DNA of 64,000 nucleotides, taken from NCBI GenBank assembly GCA_027319565.1, contig DAHVNA010000001.1, positions 43,526 through 107,525 of the forward strand, written 5' to 3'. The notes under the pieces were generated by a model. That model ran no database searches. It was not told the DNA's origin and saw only the letters and a list, made by a program, of their open reading frames with translations. Positions 1-9,863 of this stretch are shown here, piece by piece (position 1 is the first letter of the stretch; every line of letters begins with the position of its first letter). The translations under genes and the position numbers were made by a program. Source of the DNA: Elusimicrobiota bacterium (GTDB lineage: Bacteria; Elusimicrobiota; Elusimicrobia; UBA1565; UBA9628).

Positions 1-344
1 ACCATGACGGTATTTTGAAAGCCCACCGCGCACCAGATGACTCCGGCTCCGTGATGTCCGGCTAAATTGTCATAGATATGGTTGACCGCGCCCTTGGGCA
101 TGGCATTGAGAATTTTGGCGACTCCGGTGGCGTCGTTTTTGACGCAGGCGGCGGTCATCAAGGCCATGTAATTTGGATATTCTCTGTTGGCGATCTTAAT
201 CCTGGTCTGCGCGTTTTTTAGATATGGGGAAGAGAGAACCGTTTTCTGGGCAGCGTTCATCTGCATCTGAAAGTCTTGAGCCCTAAGTGGAGACTGAACA
301 GCCGCGAAAATAACAGTTCCAAGCGCTAAAAATACTTTCTTCAT
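1..344 (-). CDS. Secreted protein with ankyrin-like repeats (runs off the window edge)
   Basis: Translated by hand, not in the ORF track: MKKVFLALGTVIFAAVQSPLRAQ (signal peptide)...TAACVKNDATGVAKILN...GVIWCAVGFQNTVMV. ATG overlaps the upstream TGA (ATGA at 344-341). Confidence 0.6.
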   Translation of the reverse strand, partial: MKKVFLALGTVIFAAVQSPLRAQDFQMQMNAAQKTVLSSPYLKNAQTRIKIANREYPNYMALMTAACVKNDATGVAKILNAMPKGAVNHIYDNLAGHHGAGVIWCAVGFQNTVM

Positions 345-739
345 TTTTTTGACCCCTTCTTAATGATAATGATTTGAGATCCCGTGTTATTATTAGAAGG
401 TGTGGCGGGTTTTTTCGGAGATTTTTCTTTTCTATGCTTTTTGTCCCGGCATCCGGGCATGATGACATCTACCGACCGTTCACAATGCTTTCCGTAATCA
501 TCCGAGATGGCGGGCTTTTGGGAGACGTTTTTTTTGTTTTTCTTGAAATTCTGAAGGCCGCCAGGGCCCATGCCGCCGGGAAAGCCTCCGATGGGGCCGC
601 CGCGGGCTAATACCAAATCAAACATTTTTATGGATTTTGCGGATTGAGCTTCGATACTTTCCTCAGCCCAGGAAGATGCGCTGATAAGGGTTAAACTCAG
701 AACAACAAACGCGAAAATCTTAATCGTTGACGTTTTCAT
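341..739 (-). CDS. Secreted hypothetical protein
   Basis: Signal peptide, Gly- and Lys-rich segments, GAGGA RBS. Confidence 0.6.
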   Translation of the reverse strand: MKTSTIKIFAFVVLSLTLISASSWAEESIEAQSAKSIKMFDLVLARGGPIGGFPGGMGPGGLQNFKKNKKNVSQKPAISDDYGKHCERSVDVIMPGCRDKKHRKEKSPKKPATPSNNNTGSQIIIIKKGSKK

Positions 740-778
740 ATTGGTCCTCTCTTGCCTATGATAGCATACCTGCCAGGT

Positions 779-1630
779 TTACGGTTTTTTAATCGTGGAG
801 TTTTTCTCCATGGGAAATAGCGGAGCATTGCCCCCGCCTAAACTTGTTTGGACATATTGAAGTGAGGGCGAAATTTTTCGCGCTTCCACGATCGGTAAAC
901 TCGGGCGGATGAGGGCGTTGACGGTGACATTGACGCGCAGCCCCGATATTTTCAAATCTCCTGGGCCGATAATTTTTTGAATGATGACCCTGTCCGCTCC
1001 AAAAGTAAAGGGATGTCCATTGTATTGAAAAGAGGCATAGTCTGGGTTGGTAAAATTAAAGCCGTCTTGATCCATGAAAAGGATAATCTCGCCGTTTCCA
1101 ATTAGTGCCATTTGTATGTGGAAAGGAAGGCCGTCTATACTTTGGCCGTCGGCAGGGACTAAGGCATGAAGATTGTATTTGGCCATGACTTTAGACAACG
1201 TCTCTTGCGAAAAATAATAGGAGCGGGCGGTTCTCCAAGAGGGGTTTGTAAAAAAATCCAGCGCGCTCATATGGCGTTTAATTCCTTTCGCGATCATCGT
1301 GTCGGCGGCCTTTAAAGGGACTTCGCGGATGGACGCCGTATTCCACTGAGGAAAGCTGGCCTCGATAATCTCAAGCGAGGTTTCATCCGGAGCCTTCAGA
1401 GAATGCCAGAGAGCCGCTGGAACGATTTCGTCGGATGTTCGGTTAATCTTGACCGGTACAGGCAGGGGCGAAAATTTGAGGGCTTGTGAGAATTGAGGCA
1501 GAGTGATCGCGCTTCCCAATTGGTCAAAATTAAAACCGGAAAAAGCGGCGGAATTTCCGGCGGCTTGCGAAAATAAAGACGATAAGCACAATCCCGCTGA
1601 CAGTGCGTAAACGAGTAATTTTTTCTTCAT
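779..1630 (-). CDS. Secreted hypothetical protein (start moved to MKKKLL)
   Basis: Signal peptide MKKKLLVYALSAGLCLSSLFSQA; -10-like TAGCAT 7 nt upstream of ATG 1630. Confidence 0.65.
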   Translation of the reverse strand: MKKKLLVYALSAGLCLSSLFSQAAGNSAAFSGFNFDQLGSAITLPQFSQALKFSPLPVPVKINRTSDEIVPAALWHSLKAPDETSLEIIEASFPQWNTASIREVPLKAADTMIAKGIKRHMSALDFFTNPSWRTARSYYFSQETLSKVMAKYNLHALVPADGQSIDGLPFHIQMALIGNGEIILFMDQDGFNFTNPDYASFQYNGHPFTFGADRVIIQKIIGPGDLKISGLRVNVTVNALIRPSLPIVEARKISPSLQYVQTSLGGGNAPLFPMEKNSTIKKP

Positions 1631-1666
1631 ATTGGTTATGCTAGCATGATTTCTCATCACTCGAGA

Positions 1667-1682
1667 TGGGCCAAAAGTCCTA
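1667..1682 (-). promoter_or_regulatory. Imperfect 16-bp palindrome, candidate activator site
   Basis: TGGGCCAAAAGTCCTA; near-identical copy at 5392-5407 with the same 23-nt spacing to a -10. Confidence 0.5.
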
Positions 1683-1717
1683 GATCTTAGGCGAAAAAAG
1701 ACCTAATTTTAGAAAGT

Positions 1718-3553
1718 TTACGCCGCGGCTTCTTCTTTCCCGCCTCGGCGCCGTTCCGCTTCGCTCAATGATTTTTTTCGGAGTCGGAGGTTTTGCGGAG
1801 TCACCTCGAGAAGCTCGGTCGAGTCAATAAATTCCAAGGCCTGTTCCAAGGTTAGAATCTTGGGCGGCTCAAGCTGCGATTTTTCATCGGTGGCCTTGGT
1901 TCGCATATTGCTCAAGGCTTTGGCCTTGCAGGGATTGACGACGAGATCATTCTGGCGAGAATTCGTGCCAATGATCATGCCTTCATAAACCTCAACTCCA
2001 GGGGCCGTGAAAAAAACGCCGCGGTCTTGGAGATGGTCCAAGGCATAGGCGGTCACGAGCCCTCCCTCTTTGGCGATTAAGACCCCGTTGGGTCTTGGCG
2101 CCGGATCGGGGCCTTTGGGCGCGTAGCCGTCAAAGGAATGGTGCATGAGGCCCAAGCCTTTGGTGGTCGTCAGCAATTCGCTTTTAAGGCCCATCAAAGC
2201 GCGAACCGAGATGATGTATTCAAGTCTTAGCCGCGTGTTTCCTTCCGGCTGCATATGCGTCATCTTGGCCGCGCGTTTTCCAAGAGATTCGATGATCGCG
2301 CCTTGAAATTGATTGGGAATGTCCAAAATAAGGCGCTCGTAAGGTTCAAGGACTTGCCCGTTTTCAACTTTTTCGATCACGACGGGACGAGAAACGGCAA
2401 GTTCATAACCTTCCCTGCGCATCGTCTCAATTAAAACCGCCAAATGGAGCTCTCCCCGTCCGGAAACAAGAAAACGGCCTTCTCCGCCTAGGGCTTCGAT
2501 TTTAAGCCCGACATTGGTCTCGGCTTCTTTGAGCAACCGTTCTTTGATATGCCGGCTGGTGACGAACTTTCCATCTCGTCCGGCCAAGGGGCTGGTGTTG
2601 ACCATGAACTCCATCGACATCGTGGGTTCGTCAATTTGAATGGTCGGAAGGGCGATGGGAGATTCAACTAAAGCGAGAGTGTCTCCCACGTCAATATCCT
2701 CAAAACCGGCGACGGCCACGATGTCTCCGGCCGAGGCTTGTGGAACTTCGCGGCGCTCGAGGCCAAAATATTTTTCAAGCCGCGTGAGTTTCCCATTGAG
2801 AATCTTTCCGTCGCTTTTGATGAGGGCCACCGGTTGACTCTTGGCCATTTTTCCGTTCCGAATGCGTCCGATGCCGATACGCCCGATATAAGAGCTGTAG
2901 TCGAGCATGGTAATCTGCATTTGAAGAGGTTTTGACTCATCAGCTTCCGGGGCCGGAATGTGTTTGAGGACGGCTTCAAACAGGGGGGCGAGATTTTCTC
3001 CCATCTTTTCGGAGTCATTGCTGGCCCAGCCTTGTCTTCCGCAGGCGTAAATAATGGGGAAATCTAATTGCTCTTCAGAGGCTTCCATTTCTACGAAAAG
3101 ATCGAAAACTTTATTAACCGTATCATGGGGGCGAGCGTCGGGGCGATCCATTTTATTGATGACGACGACGCATTTAAGCCCCGAGGCGAGGGCTTTTCTT
3201 AAGACAAAGCGCGTTTGGGGCATCGGGCCTTCCGCCGCGTCGGCCAAGAGAATGCAGCCGTCGACCATGTTGAGCACGCGCTCGACCTCGCTTCCGAAAT
3301 CGGCGTGGCCGGGAGTGTCGACGATGTTGATGGTAATTCCTTTGTAGACGACCGAGGTGTTCTTGGCTAAAATCGTGATTCCCTTTTCTCTTTCCAGCGG
3401 GTTTGAATCGAGCACCTGTTCTTGCGGCTGATCCATTTTGCTTGAAAAAAGCCCCGTTTCCTTGAGCATTGAATCGACTAAGGTCGTTTTCCCGTGATCG
3501 ACGTGGGCGATGATGGCGACGTTGCGCGTATCGTTTCTGCGTTGAGTGGTCAT
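1718..3553 (-). CDS. typA: Translational GTPase TypA/BipA
   Basis: IAHVDHGKTT, DTPGHADF, NKMD, GRGELHL and a BipA-type C-terminus. Confidence 0.97.
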   Translation of the reverse strand: MTTQRRNDTRNVAIIAHVDHGKTTLVDSMLKETGLFSSKMDQPQEQVLDSNPLEREKGITILAKNTSVVYKGITINIVDTPGHADFGSEVERVLNMVDGCILLADAAEGPMPQTRFVLRKALASGLKCVVVINKMDRPDARPHDTVNKVFDLFVEMEASEEQLDFPIIYACGRQGWASNDSEKMGENLAPLFEAVLKHIPAPEADESKPLQMQITMLDYSSYIGRIGIGRIRNGKMAKSQPVALIKSDGKILNGKLTRLEKYFGLERREVPQASAGDIVAVAGFEDIDVGDTLALVESPIALPTIQIDEPTMSMEFMVNTSPLAGRDGKFVTSRHIKERLLKEAETNVGLKIEALGGEGRFLVSGRGELHLAVLIETMRREGYELAVSRPVVIEKVENGQVLEPYERLILDIPNQFQGAIIESLGKRAAKMTHMQPEGNTRLRLEYIISVRALMGLKSELLTTTKGLGLMHHSFDGYAPKGPDPAPRPNGVLIAKEGGLVTAYALDHLQDRGVFFTAPGVEVYEGMIIGTNSRQNDLVVNPCKAKALSNMRTKATDEKSQLEPPKILTLEQALEFIDSTELLEVTPQNLRLRKKSLSEAERRRGGKEEAAA

Positions 3554-3593
3554 GATATCCTTTTCTCTAAATGTTCAGCGCGGACTCAATCGG

Positions 3594-5354
3594 CTACCTT
3601 TGGGGGTTTTCGGAGGCTCGCGGACTGCTGTGAATAATTAATTCGTAATATTCTAGCAAATAATAGGGGATAAGGGTGTGTTGGTTTTCCCCTGTTTTGA
3701 GAACGACATAGAAAAGCCCGATATTGGCGACTTCTCCTGTTTTTCCGGCGATCTCGATGACGTCGCCCACTCTAAAGGGGCTTTGCCAGCGAAGGGAGAC
3801 GGCTTGGGCGATATTGGCGAGAATATTGTTTGAGGCTAGGGTAAATGCAGCGGCCCCAACTCCAAGCCCGACCGCCAAACTCGTCAGATGAAGCCCCAAG
3901 GCGCCGATGGCCAAGCTGATGCCGATGATATTGGCGGCCAATTGAAGGGCGAGGCGAAACAGGGCGGTGGTTTCCTCGTCCCAATGGGCATATTTGCCGA
4001 TCAGCGGGATAAACTCTTGCAGAGAATGGGAGATCGCGCTTGAGACTAAAAGCGCAAACAGGCTTTGAGCGAAAGGGAGAATAGAGCCGATGAAATGATA
4101 CCCCGCGTGCGCCTTTAATACGGGCAGAGCTTCTCCAAATAGAAATAACCCAAAACCCCAGAGCGCCGCTTTTAAATAAGAAGAGTAAGGGAGTTCCTTT
4201 AAGGCCTTCCAAAACGGGACTATTCCCAAATTCAGCAAAACCTTAAATGAAATCTTATCATCGATATTGTAGGGCCGAAAGAGTTCCACGGCTTTATTGC
4301 TGATTTGAGAATAAGTGAAGTAAACGGTTTCAGGGCCGGGATCTCCTGGAATCAGGGCATCGGGAGCCATTTGAAGGAACTGAAGCTTGACGTATTTCGG
4401 CTTCAGATCGGCGACTTTGTAAATTTTATCGTCGATGCGTATTTTTTCGTTGAGATTGAAAGGACGATTGATGACAAATAGCGTTGCGCGCAAGAGGTTG
4501 GAAAGAGTTTTGTTAATGGCTAGGCCCAGGGCGATGCCACCCGCGGCAAATAAAACCTGATTTGAGATTCCCGCAAAGTGGAGAACCAGTCCTAATCCCA
4601 GAAGCCAATTCGAGGCCGAGGCGGCAAAGCGGACGGTGTCGGTGGTGTTAGGGTTCCAGTGAAATGCGGCAGATAACTTTGAAATCGACCATGAGAGCGC
4701 GCGATGGACTCCGTAAATCAAAAATAAAAGCCCGGAGCCAATGATATAAGGCTTGGTCAGTGTCCATCCGGCTGCCGGGTGAATGGCTTTACTGGCGGCA
4801 AGGGCTGGCGCGGGAATTAAAAAAGTTGAGGCTATCGCTGAGCTGGCGATTTTAGCTTTCTTTAGAAAAGGCGCCGAAAATAGACCTCTCTTGGGAGTTA
4901 CGGCTTCTCCATCCTTGCTCTTATCTCCGGACCAGAATCTGGTCCAACGAAGAGCGGAATGTTCATAACTTTCTTTTTGCATGGATTGATTCTCTTTGAT
5001 TGATAGGTTTTTTGCCGCCTTCAATGAGTTTTCAGAAGCGGGAGTTTGAGATTTTTTCGCCGATGTCTGGATGAGCGGTTTTAAATGGAATAAAGGCGCG
5101 ATTTGTGTTTTTTCTCTCTGGATGGCGGGGATGTTTAAAACTTCCATTTTCGGGTCGGGTAGCGTTGCTGGATAATCTAAAGAGAATTGGGATGGCGTTT
5201 CTGGATTGGCCAGGGACGAGAATTGAAGAGAAGCGGGCGCGGAAAAATGGGTTTCTGGGTTTTTCAGGCTTTCAATGGCGGCGTTGGCCAGCGCGGTTTG
5301 GAAAAATAAAATCGCGACTAAACCAATGGCGATAAACGGTCTCAGTTTATTCAA
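3594..5354 (-). CDS. Mechanosensitive channel MscS-family protein with two MscS modules and a long N-terminal leader
   Basis: Two TM3 + beta-domain units (NRPFNLNEKIRIDDKIYKV; SPFRVGDVIEIAGKTGEV); signal peptide and low-complexity leader. Confidence 0.75.
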   Translation of the reverse strand: MNKLRPFIAIGLVAILFFQTALANAAIESLKNPETHFSAPASLQFSSLANPETPSQFSLDYPATLPDPKMEVLNIPAIQREKTQIAPLFHLKPLIQTSAKKSQTPASENSLKAAKNLSIKENQSMQKESYEHSALRWTRFWSGDKSKDGEAVTPKRGLFSAPFLKKAKIASSAIASTFLIPAPALAASKAIHPAAGWTLTKPYIIGSGLLFLIYGVHRALSWSISKLSAAFHWNPNTTDTVRFAASASNWLLGLGLVLHFAGISNQVLFAAGGIALGLAINKTLSNLLRATLFVINRPFNLNEKIRIDDKIYKVADLKPKYVKLQFLQMAPDALIPGDPGPETVYFTYSQISNKAVELFRPYNIDDKISFKVLLNLGIVPFWKALKELPYSSYLKAALWGFGLFLFGEALPVLKAHAGYHFIGSILPFAQSLFALLVSSAISHSLQEFIPLIGKYAHWDEETTALFRLALQLAANIIGISLAIGALGLHLTSLAVGLGVGAAAFTLASNNILANIAQAVSLRWQSPFRVGDVIEIAGKTGEVANIGLFYVVLKTGENQHTLIPYYLLEYYELIIHSSPRASENPQR

Positions 5355-5391
5355 GATGCCTTATTTTACTTTAAAGAGATTGAGAGACAAT

Positions 5392-5407
5392 TGGGTCCAA
5401 AGTCCTA
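5392..5407 (-). promoter_or_regulatory. Imperfect 16-bp palindrome, candidate activator site
   Basis: TGGGTCCAAAGTCCTA, 23 nt upstream of TAAAAT (5368-5363). Confidence 0.5.
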
Positions 5408-5456
5408 GAAAAGCCTCGGCAAAGGGCCCAGATTTTTTGCCACAGGCTGGGCCTCA

Positions 5457-5485
5457 TTGACAGTTCTCCTTCAAACTGCTAAATT
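5457..5485 (+). promoter_or_regulatory. Sigma70 promoter of the hpf-pts operon
   Basis: TTGACA-17 nt-TAAATT with extended TG. Confidence 0.7.
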
Positions 5486-5522
5486 TTTGAAGAGAGTTCC
5501 CTTTATAAGGAGATTAAAATTT

Positions 5523-6053
5523 ATGGAAATCCATTTTACCGCTAAGCAAATCAAGATCACTCCGGCCATCCGGCAATATGTCGAAGATAAATTAGAGAGA
5601 ACGCAAAAATATTTTGACTCCATTGTCTGGGCCCAGGTTTTTTTATCCGTCGAAAAAAGATCCCATAACGCGGAATTCGTTTTGCACGCTCCAGGACAGA
5701 CTTTTCGCGCGTTGGCGACGGCGTCGGACCTCTATTCCGCTGTGGATTTGGCGGGCGACAAAATGAACGCCCAAATTAAGAAATTTAAAGAAAAACTTAA
5801 AAACAAGCATAAAATCCCGACTGGAGAGGCGGTCGCGTCTTTTCTCGCCAGCGGCCCGCGATTTGATTTTATCGATCAGGTGATGCCGCTCCTCACTCCC
5901 GAACAAGCCGTTCGCAATTTGGACTCATCCGAGAGACCATTCTTTTTGTATCAAGATAAAGACTCCCATCAAATTCATGTCGCGTACCGGACTGATGGCG
6001 AGCACTATCGCATCGTCCGTCCCATCAAGAAATCCGGCGTAGCCGGGAAGTGA
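5523..6053 (+). CDS. hpf: Ribosome hibernation promoting factor (long HPF)
   Basis: ITPAIRQYVEDKL and DLYSAVD motifs plus C-terminal domain; AAGGAG RBS before ATG 5523. Confidence 0.9.
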   Translation: MEIHFTAKQIKITPAIRQYVEDKLERTQKYFDSIVWAQVFLSVEKRSHNAEFVLHAPGQTFRALATASDLYSAVDLAGDKMNAQIKKFKEKLKNKHKIPTGEAVASFLASGPRFDFIDQVMPLLTPEQAVRNLDSSERPFFLYQDKDSHQIHVAYRTDGEHYRIVRPIKKSGVAGK

Positions 6054-7000
6054 TTACACAAGATTTAACAGTTGAGCGCTTGTTTAAAGAGCAAGCGAAA
6101 TCCCTGGGTTTGGATTTGGTCGCTGGCAAGCGCGGCCTTGGACGCTTAATTACGGTTCCCGAGATTAACCGCCCGGGCTTGGCCTTGGCCGGTTTTTTGG
6201 AGCATTTCAGTGCCGAGAGAGTCCAGGTTTTTGGCCGCGGCGAGCAGTCTTATTGCATGAAGGTCGGCTCTAAAACTCTTCAGAAATCCCTATCCTTGAT
6301 ATTGGATTCAAAAGAGATGCCGTGTGTTTTGTTTACCCATGGGCTCGATATCCCGTCCGTTCTTCGCTCCGAATGCGACAAGAGAGGCATTCCTCTTTTT
6401 CGATCGCATCTAAAAACCGCCGATTTAGTATCCGAGCTTGGAGAAAAACTGGAGTATGAACTTTCTCCCAGTTGCCTGGTCCACGGAGTTTTCGTGGATA
6501 TTTATGGAATGGGCGTTTTGATTCAAGGCGGCGCTGGAATGGGAAAATCGGAGTGCGCGCTCGAACTTCTCAAGCGCGGGCATATTTTAATCGCCGATGA
6601 CGTAGTTCGCCTGCAGCATCGGCGTGGAGGGGTTCTAAGAGGAATATGCCCTGAACCATTGAAAAATCATCTCGAGGTGCGAGGACTGGGCATCTTGGAC
6701 GTCAGCCTTTTATTTGGCATTGGGTTTATTTTGGAGCATAAGCGCGTGAGGCTCGCTGTTCAGCTTTTGCCGTGGGAAAAAGTCGAATATCCAGATCGCA
6801 CTGGCCTTTCCGACACGACAGTTTCTTTTTTAGGAATTGATATCCCTCAGGTTCGCATTCCCGTCATGCCCGGGCGCAACCTGGCCGTTTTAATCGAGGT
6901 GGCGGCCCTCAACCAAAGATTAAAAATTCATGGCTATCATGCCGCGGAAAACTTTAATCAGAAATTGATTGATCGTATGCGCGAGGCCGGCAAGAAATGA
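6050..7000 (+). CDS. hprK: HPr kinase/phosphorylase
   Basis: NRPGLAL, GxxGxGKSECALELLKRGH, ADD, EVRGLGI, PGRNLA. Confidence 0.96.
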   Translation: MITQDLTVERLFKEQAKSLGLDLVAGKRGLGRLITVPEINRPGLALAGFLEHFSAERVQVFGRGEQSYCMKVGSKTLQKSLSLILDSKEMPCVLFTHGLDIPSVLRSECDKRGIPLFRSHLKTADLVSELGEKLEYELSPSCLVHGVFVDIYGMGVLIQGGAGMGKSECALELLKRGHILIADDVVRLQHRRGGVLRGICPEPLKNHLEVRGLGILDVSLLFGIGFILEHKRVRLAVQLLPWEKVEYPDRTGLSDTTVSFLGIDIPQVRIPVMPGRNLAVLIEVAALNQRLKIHGYHAAENFNQKLIDRMREAGKK

Positions 7001-7875
7001 GTTCTGGTAAAAAAACGCGCTCAAAGCAGAAAGTTTTTATCATCACCGGCATTTCCGGCGCCGGTAAAAGCCAGGCTTTAAAGGCCTTTGAGGATTTTGG
7101 ATTTTTTTGTGTGGACAATCTCCCGCTGACCCTTCTTGGAAATTTCGCGGATTTCTTGACCAAGCGCCGAGACCGCGACAAGGTTGCCCTGGGGGTCGAT
7201 ATTCGGGAAGGAAAATATCTGGAAGGTTTGCCCCGGCTCCTCAAGAGTTTGCCGCAGAGAGGGATTGATTACCGCATTATTTTCCTGGACGCTTCAGATG
7301 ACATCGTCATTCAGCGATTTTCCGAGACCAGGCATCGGCATCCGCTGGGGCTTAAAATTTCGGAGGCGATCAAGGAAGAAAGGCGGCAGCTGGAACCGAT
7401 TAAGGAAATCGCGGATAAACTCATTGACACCAGCGGTCTTACCCTGGGCGAGTTAAAAGAGGTTCTTTCTCAAACTCTGGAACTTTCCGACGCGGAGGAA
7501 ATGAATTTGTCGGTGGTCTCTTTCGGATATAAGTACGGAATTCCCCGCGACGCCGATATCGTGCTTGATGTTCGTTTTCTTCCCAACCCCAATTATGTCG
7601 AGAGCCTTAAGAAAAAGACCGGGCTTGATTCCAAGGTGAGAAAATACGTGATGAGTCAGCCTGCGGCGACTAAATTTCTCGAGGGTTTTTGGCGTTTGGC
7701 GCGGGAGCTTTTGCCTCAGTATATTCGCGAGGGCAAGTCTTATTTGACGATCGCCATCGGATGCACCGGCGGCAAGCACCGGAGCGTGGCGATTACCCAT
7801 CTTCTCGCTCAAAAGCTTAAGTCCAGCGGTTATCCCGTTCAAGAATTCCATCGCGACATTAGAGATGACTCATGA
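6997..7875 (+). CDS. rapZ: RNase adapter RapZ/YvcJ
   Basis: TGISGAGKS, DNLP, SFGYKYG, DVRFLPNP, GCTGGKHRSV. Confidence 0.95.
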   Translation: MSSGKKTRSKQKVFIITGISGAGKSQALKAFEDFGFFCVDNLPLTLLGNFADFLTKRRDRDKVALGVDIREGKYLEGLPRLLKSLPQRGIDYRIIFLDASDDIVIQRFSETRHRHPLGLKISEAIKEERRQLEPIKEIADKLIDTSGLTLGELKEVLSQTLELSDAEEMNLSVVSFGYKYGIPRDADIVLDVRFLPNPNYVESLKKKTGLDSKVRKYVMSQPAATKFLEGFWRLARELLPQYIREGKSYLTIAIGCTGGKHRSVAITHLLAQKLKSSGYPVQEFHRDIRDDS

Positions 7876-8138
7876 CCGAGCGAGAATTTACGATTCCTAA
7901 TACCTTAGGGCTGCACGCTCGTCCGGCGGCGATTTTGGCCCAGGAAGCGGGGAAATTTAAGAGCGCTATTACCATTTTGAAAGATGGCCTTGAAGTTAAC
8001 GGGAAAAGCGTTATGGGACTTATGCTCTTGGCCGCGGAATGCGGTTCAAAACTGCGGATTCGCGCCGACGGCCCAGATGAAATTCCGGCGCTGGACGCCT
8101 TGCGCGCGCTGTTTGACAAAAAATTTGGGGAACAATAG
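7872..8138 (+). CDS. ptsH: Phosphocarrier HPr
   Basis: GLHARPA (His15) and NGKSVMGLM (Ser46). Confidence 0.95.
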   Translation: MTEREFTIPNTLGLHARPAAILAQEAGKFKSAITILKDGLEVNGKSVMGLMLLAAECGSKLRIRADGPDEIPALDALRALFDKKFGEQ

Positions 8139-8140
8139 AA

Positions 8141-9859
8141 ATGATTATCGTTAAAGGAATTGGGGCCAGCCGAGGAATTGCGATTGGAAGCGCTTTTGTC
8201 CTCGAGGATGAAGAAGTCGTCGTAACCCGCGTTGAACTGCCCAAACAGCTTTTGAGAGCCGAGGTCAAAAGGTTTAAAGAAGCGCATAAGGCCGCCCTGC
8301 GGGATTTGGACGCCGCCGAAGCCAAGGTTCTTAAGTTTTTAGGGCGAGACCACGCCAAGCTCATTCATGCCCATCGGATGATTTTAACGGATACCTTGAT
8401 TACCAAGGATGTTCCGATGCGCATTATCAAAGAGGGGGTCAATGCGGAGTTCGCCCTTTCGGAATCCGTTGAATCGGTGGCGCAACAGTTTGAAAAAATA
8501 GATGACGATTTCTTTAGGGAAAGAAAACATGATTTGATGGACGTGGCCAAACGCCTCTTGGCCCATCTTCTTAAAAAGAATAAAAAATCGATGCCGGCTC
8601 CGGCGGAAGGCTCTATTTTGGTCGCGCGAAATCTCTTGCCTTCCGAAACCTTGAGCCTTCATGACTCCAAGGTACTGGGTTTTGCGACCGATTTGGGCGG
8701 AAAGTCAAGCCATACCGCCATTTTAGCCCAGAGTCTGCGCATCCCGGCGGTCGTGGCCTTATCCGATGCCAGCCGCCGGGTTAAAACCGGAGATTTTCTC
8801 ATTATCGACGGCGAAAATGGCCTTTTATTTATCGATCCGACTCCGGATGTAGTCGCCAAATATAAGAATCTGCAAGATAAAGAAAAATTGGCGGAGAAGT
8901 CTTTGGAATCCTTGCGCGGGCTTCCGGCGGTGACCGCCGATGGGAGAAAAATCCTGCTTGAGATTAATCTCGACTCCTTGGAGGAAGTCAAGGGAATTTC
9001 CGCTTTAAATCCCGACGGGGTGGGATTATTCCGAACCGAGTATTTGTTCTTAAATCGTCCGGCCCCGCCTTCCGAAAAAGAGCAGTCGACCATTTATGCC
9101 GCGGCTCTTAAAGCCTTGGAGCCGAAATCGGTCGTTTTTCGGACCGCGGATTTGGGCGGCGATCGCGTGGCCGCTTTGGGAGTGGAAGCGGTGAGAGACG
9201 AAGCCAATCCGTTCATGGGACTTAGAGGGGTGCGCCTGTTTTTGCGCCATCAAGAAGTTTTTAAGACTCAAATCCGCGCTATTTTGCGGGCCGCCTCCAA
9301 AGGCGGACACGCCCGGATTTTAATTCCGATGGTTTCATCCCTATGGGAAATCCAAAGCGTTAAAGACATTATCTCTCAAGCCAAAACCGAGCTTGAGAAA
9401 GAATCGGTCGTGATTCCGGGAAAAATAGAATTGGGGATCATGGTTGAAATTCCATCCGCGGCTATTTTGCTTGACGTCTTTTTGCCTCATCTGGATTTTG
9501 TTTCGATTGGAACCAATGATTTGATTCAATACATACTCGCGGTCGACCGCATCAACGACCACGTCGCGCACCTCTACGACGCTTTTCACCCCGCCGTTTT
9601 AAGGTTCATCAAGATGATCGTCGATGCGGCGCAAAATCAAAAAAAACGCGTTGGCGTCTGCGGGGAAATGGCCGCGGATTTAAAAGCAGTGCCCGTTTTG
9701 GTGGGGCTTGGGATTGAAGAAATTTCCGTTCCGATGCGCATGCACTTAAGGGTCAAGGAAGTCATTCGTTCACTCAACTACAAAGCGCTGTCTGCCAGCG
9801 CTTCCAAGGCCTTGGCGGCTTCCGACGCCGAAGAAGTTCGCCGGTTGTTCGGATACTAA
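8141..9859 (+). CDS. ptsI: PTS enzyme I
   Basis: GGKSSHTAI, GLFRTE, EANPFMGLRG, SIGTNDL, CGEMA; no N-terminal GAF domain. Confidence 0.95.
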   Translation: MIIVKGIGASRGIAIGSAFVLEDEEVVVTRVELPKQLLRAEVKRFKEAHKAALRDLDAAEAKVLKFLGRDHAKLIHAHRMILTDTLITKDVPMRIIKEGVNAEFALSESVESVAQQFEKIDDDFFRERKHDLMDVAKRLLAHLLKKNKKSMPAPAEGSILVARNLLPSETLSLHDSKVLGFATDLGGKSSHTAILAQSLRIPAVVALSDASRRVKTGDFLIIDGENGLLFIDPTPDVVAKYKNLQDKEKLAEKSLESLRGLPAVTADGRKILLEINLDSLEEVKGISALNPDGVGLFRTEYLFLNRPAPPSEKEQSTIYAAALKALEPKSVVFRTADLGGDRVAALGVEAVRDEANPFMGLRGVRLFLRHQEVFKTQIRAILRAASKGGHARILIPMVSSLWEIQSVKDIISQAKTELEKESVVIPGKIELGIMVEIPSAAILLDVFLPHLDFVSIGTNDLIQYILAVDRINDHVAHLYDAFHPAVLRFIKMIVDAAQNQKKRVGVCGEMAADLKAVPVLVGLGIEEISVPMRMHLRVKEVIRSLNYKALSASASKALAASDAEEVRRLFGY

Positions 9860-9863
9860 AGCG

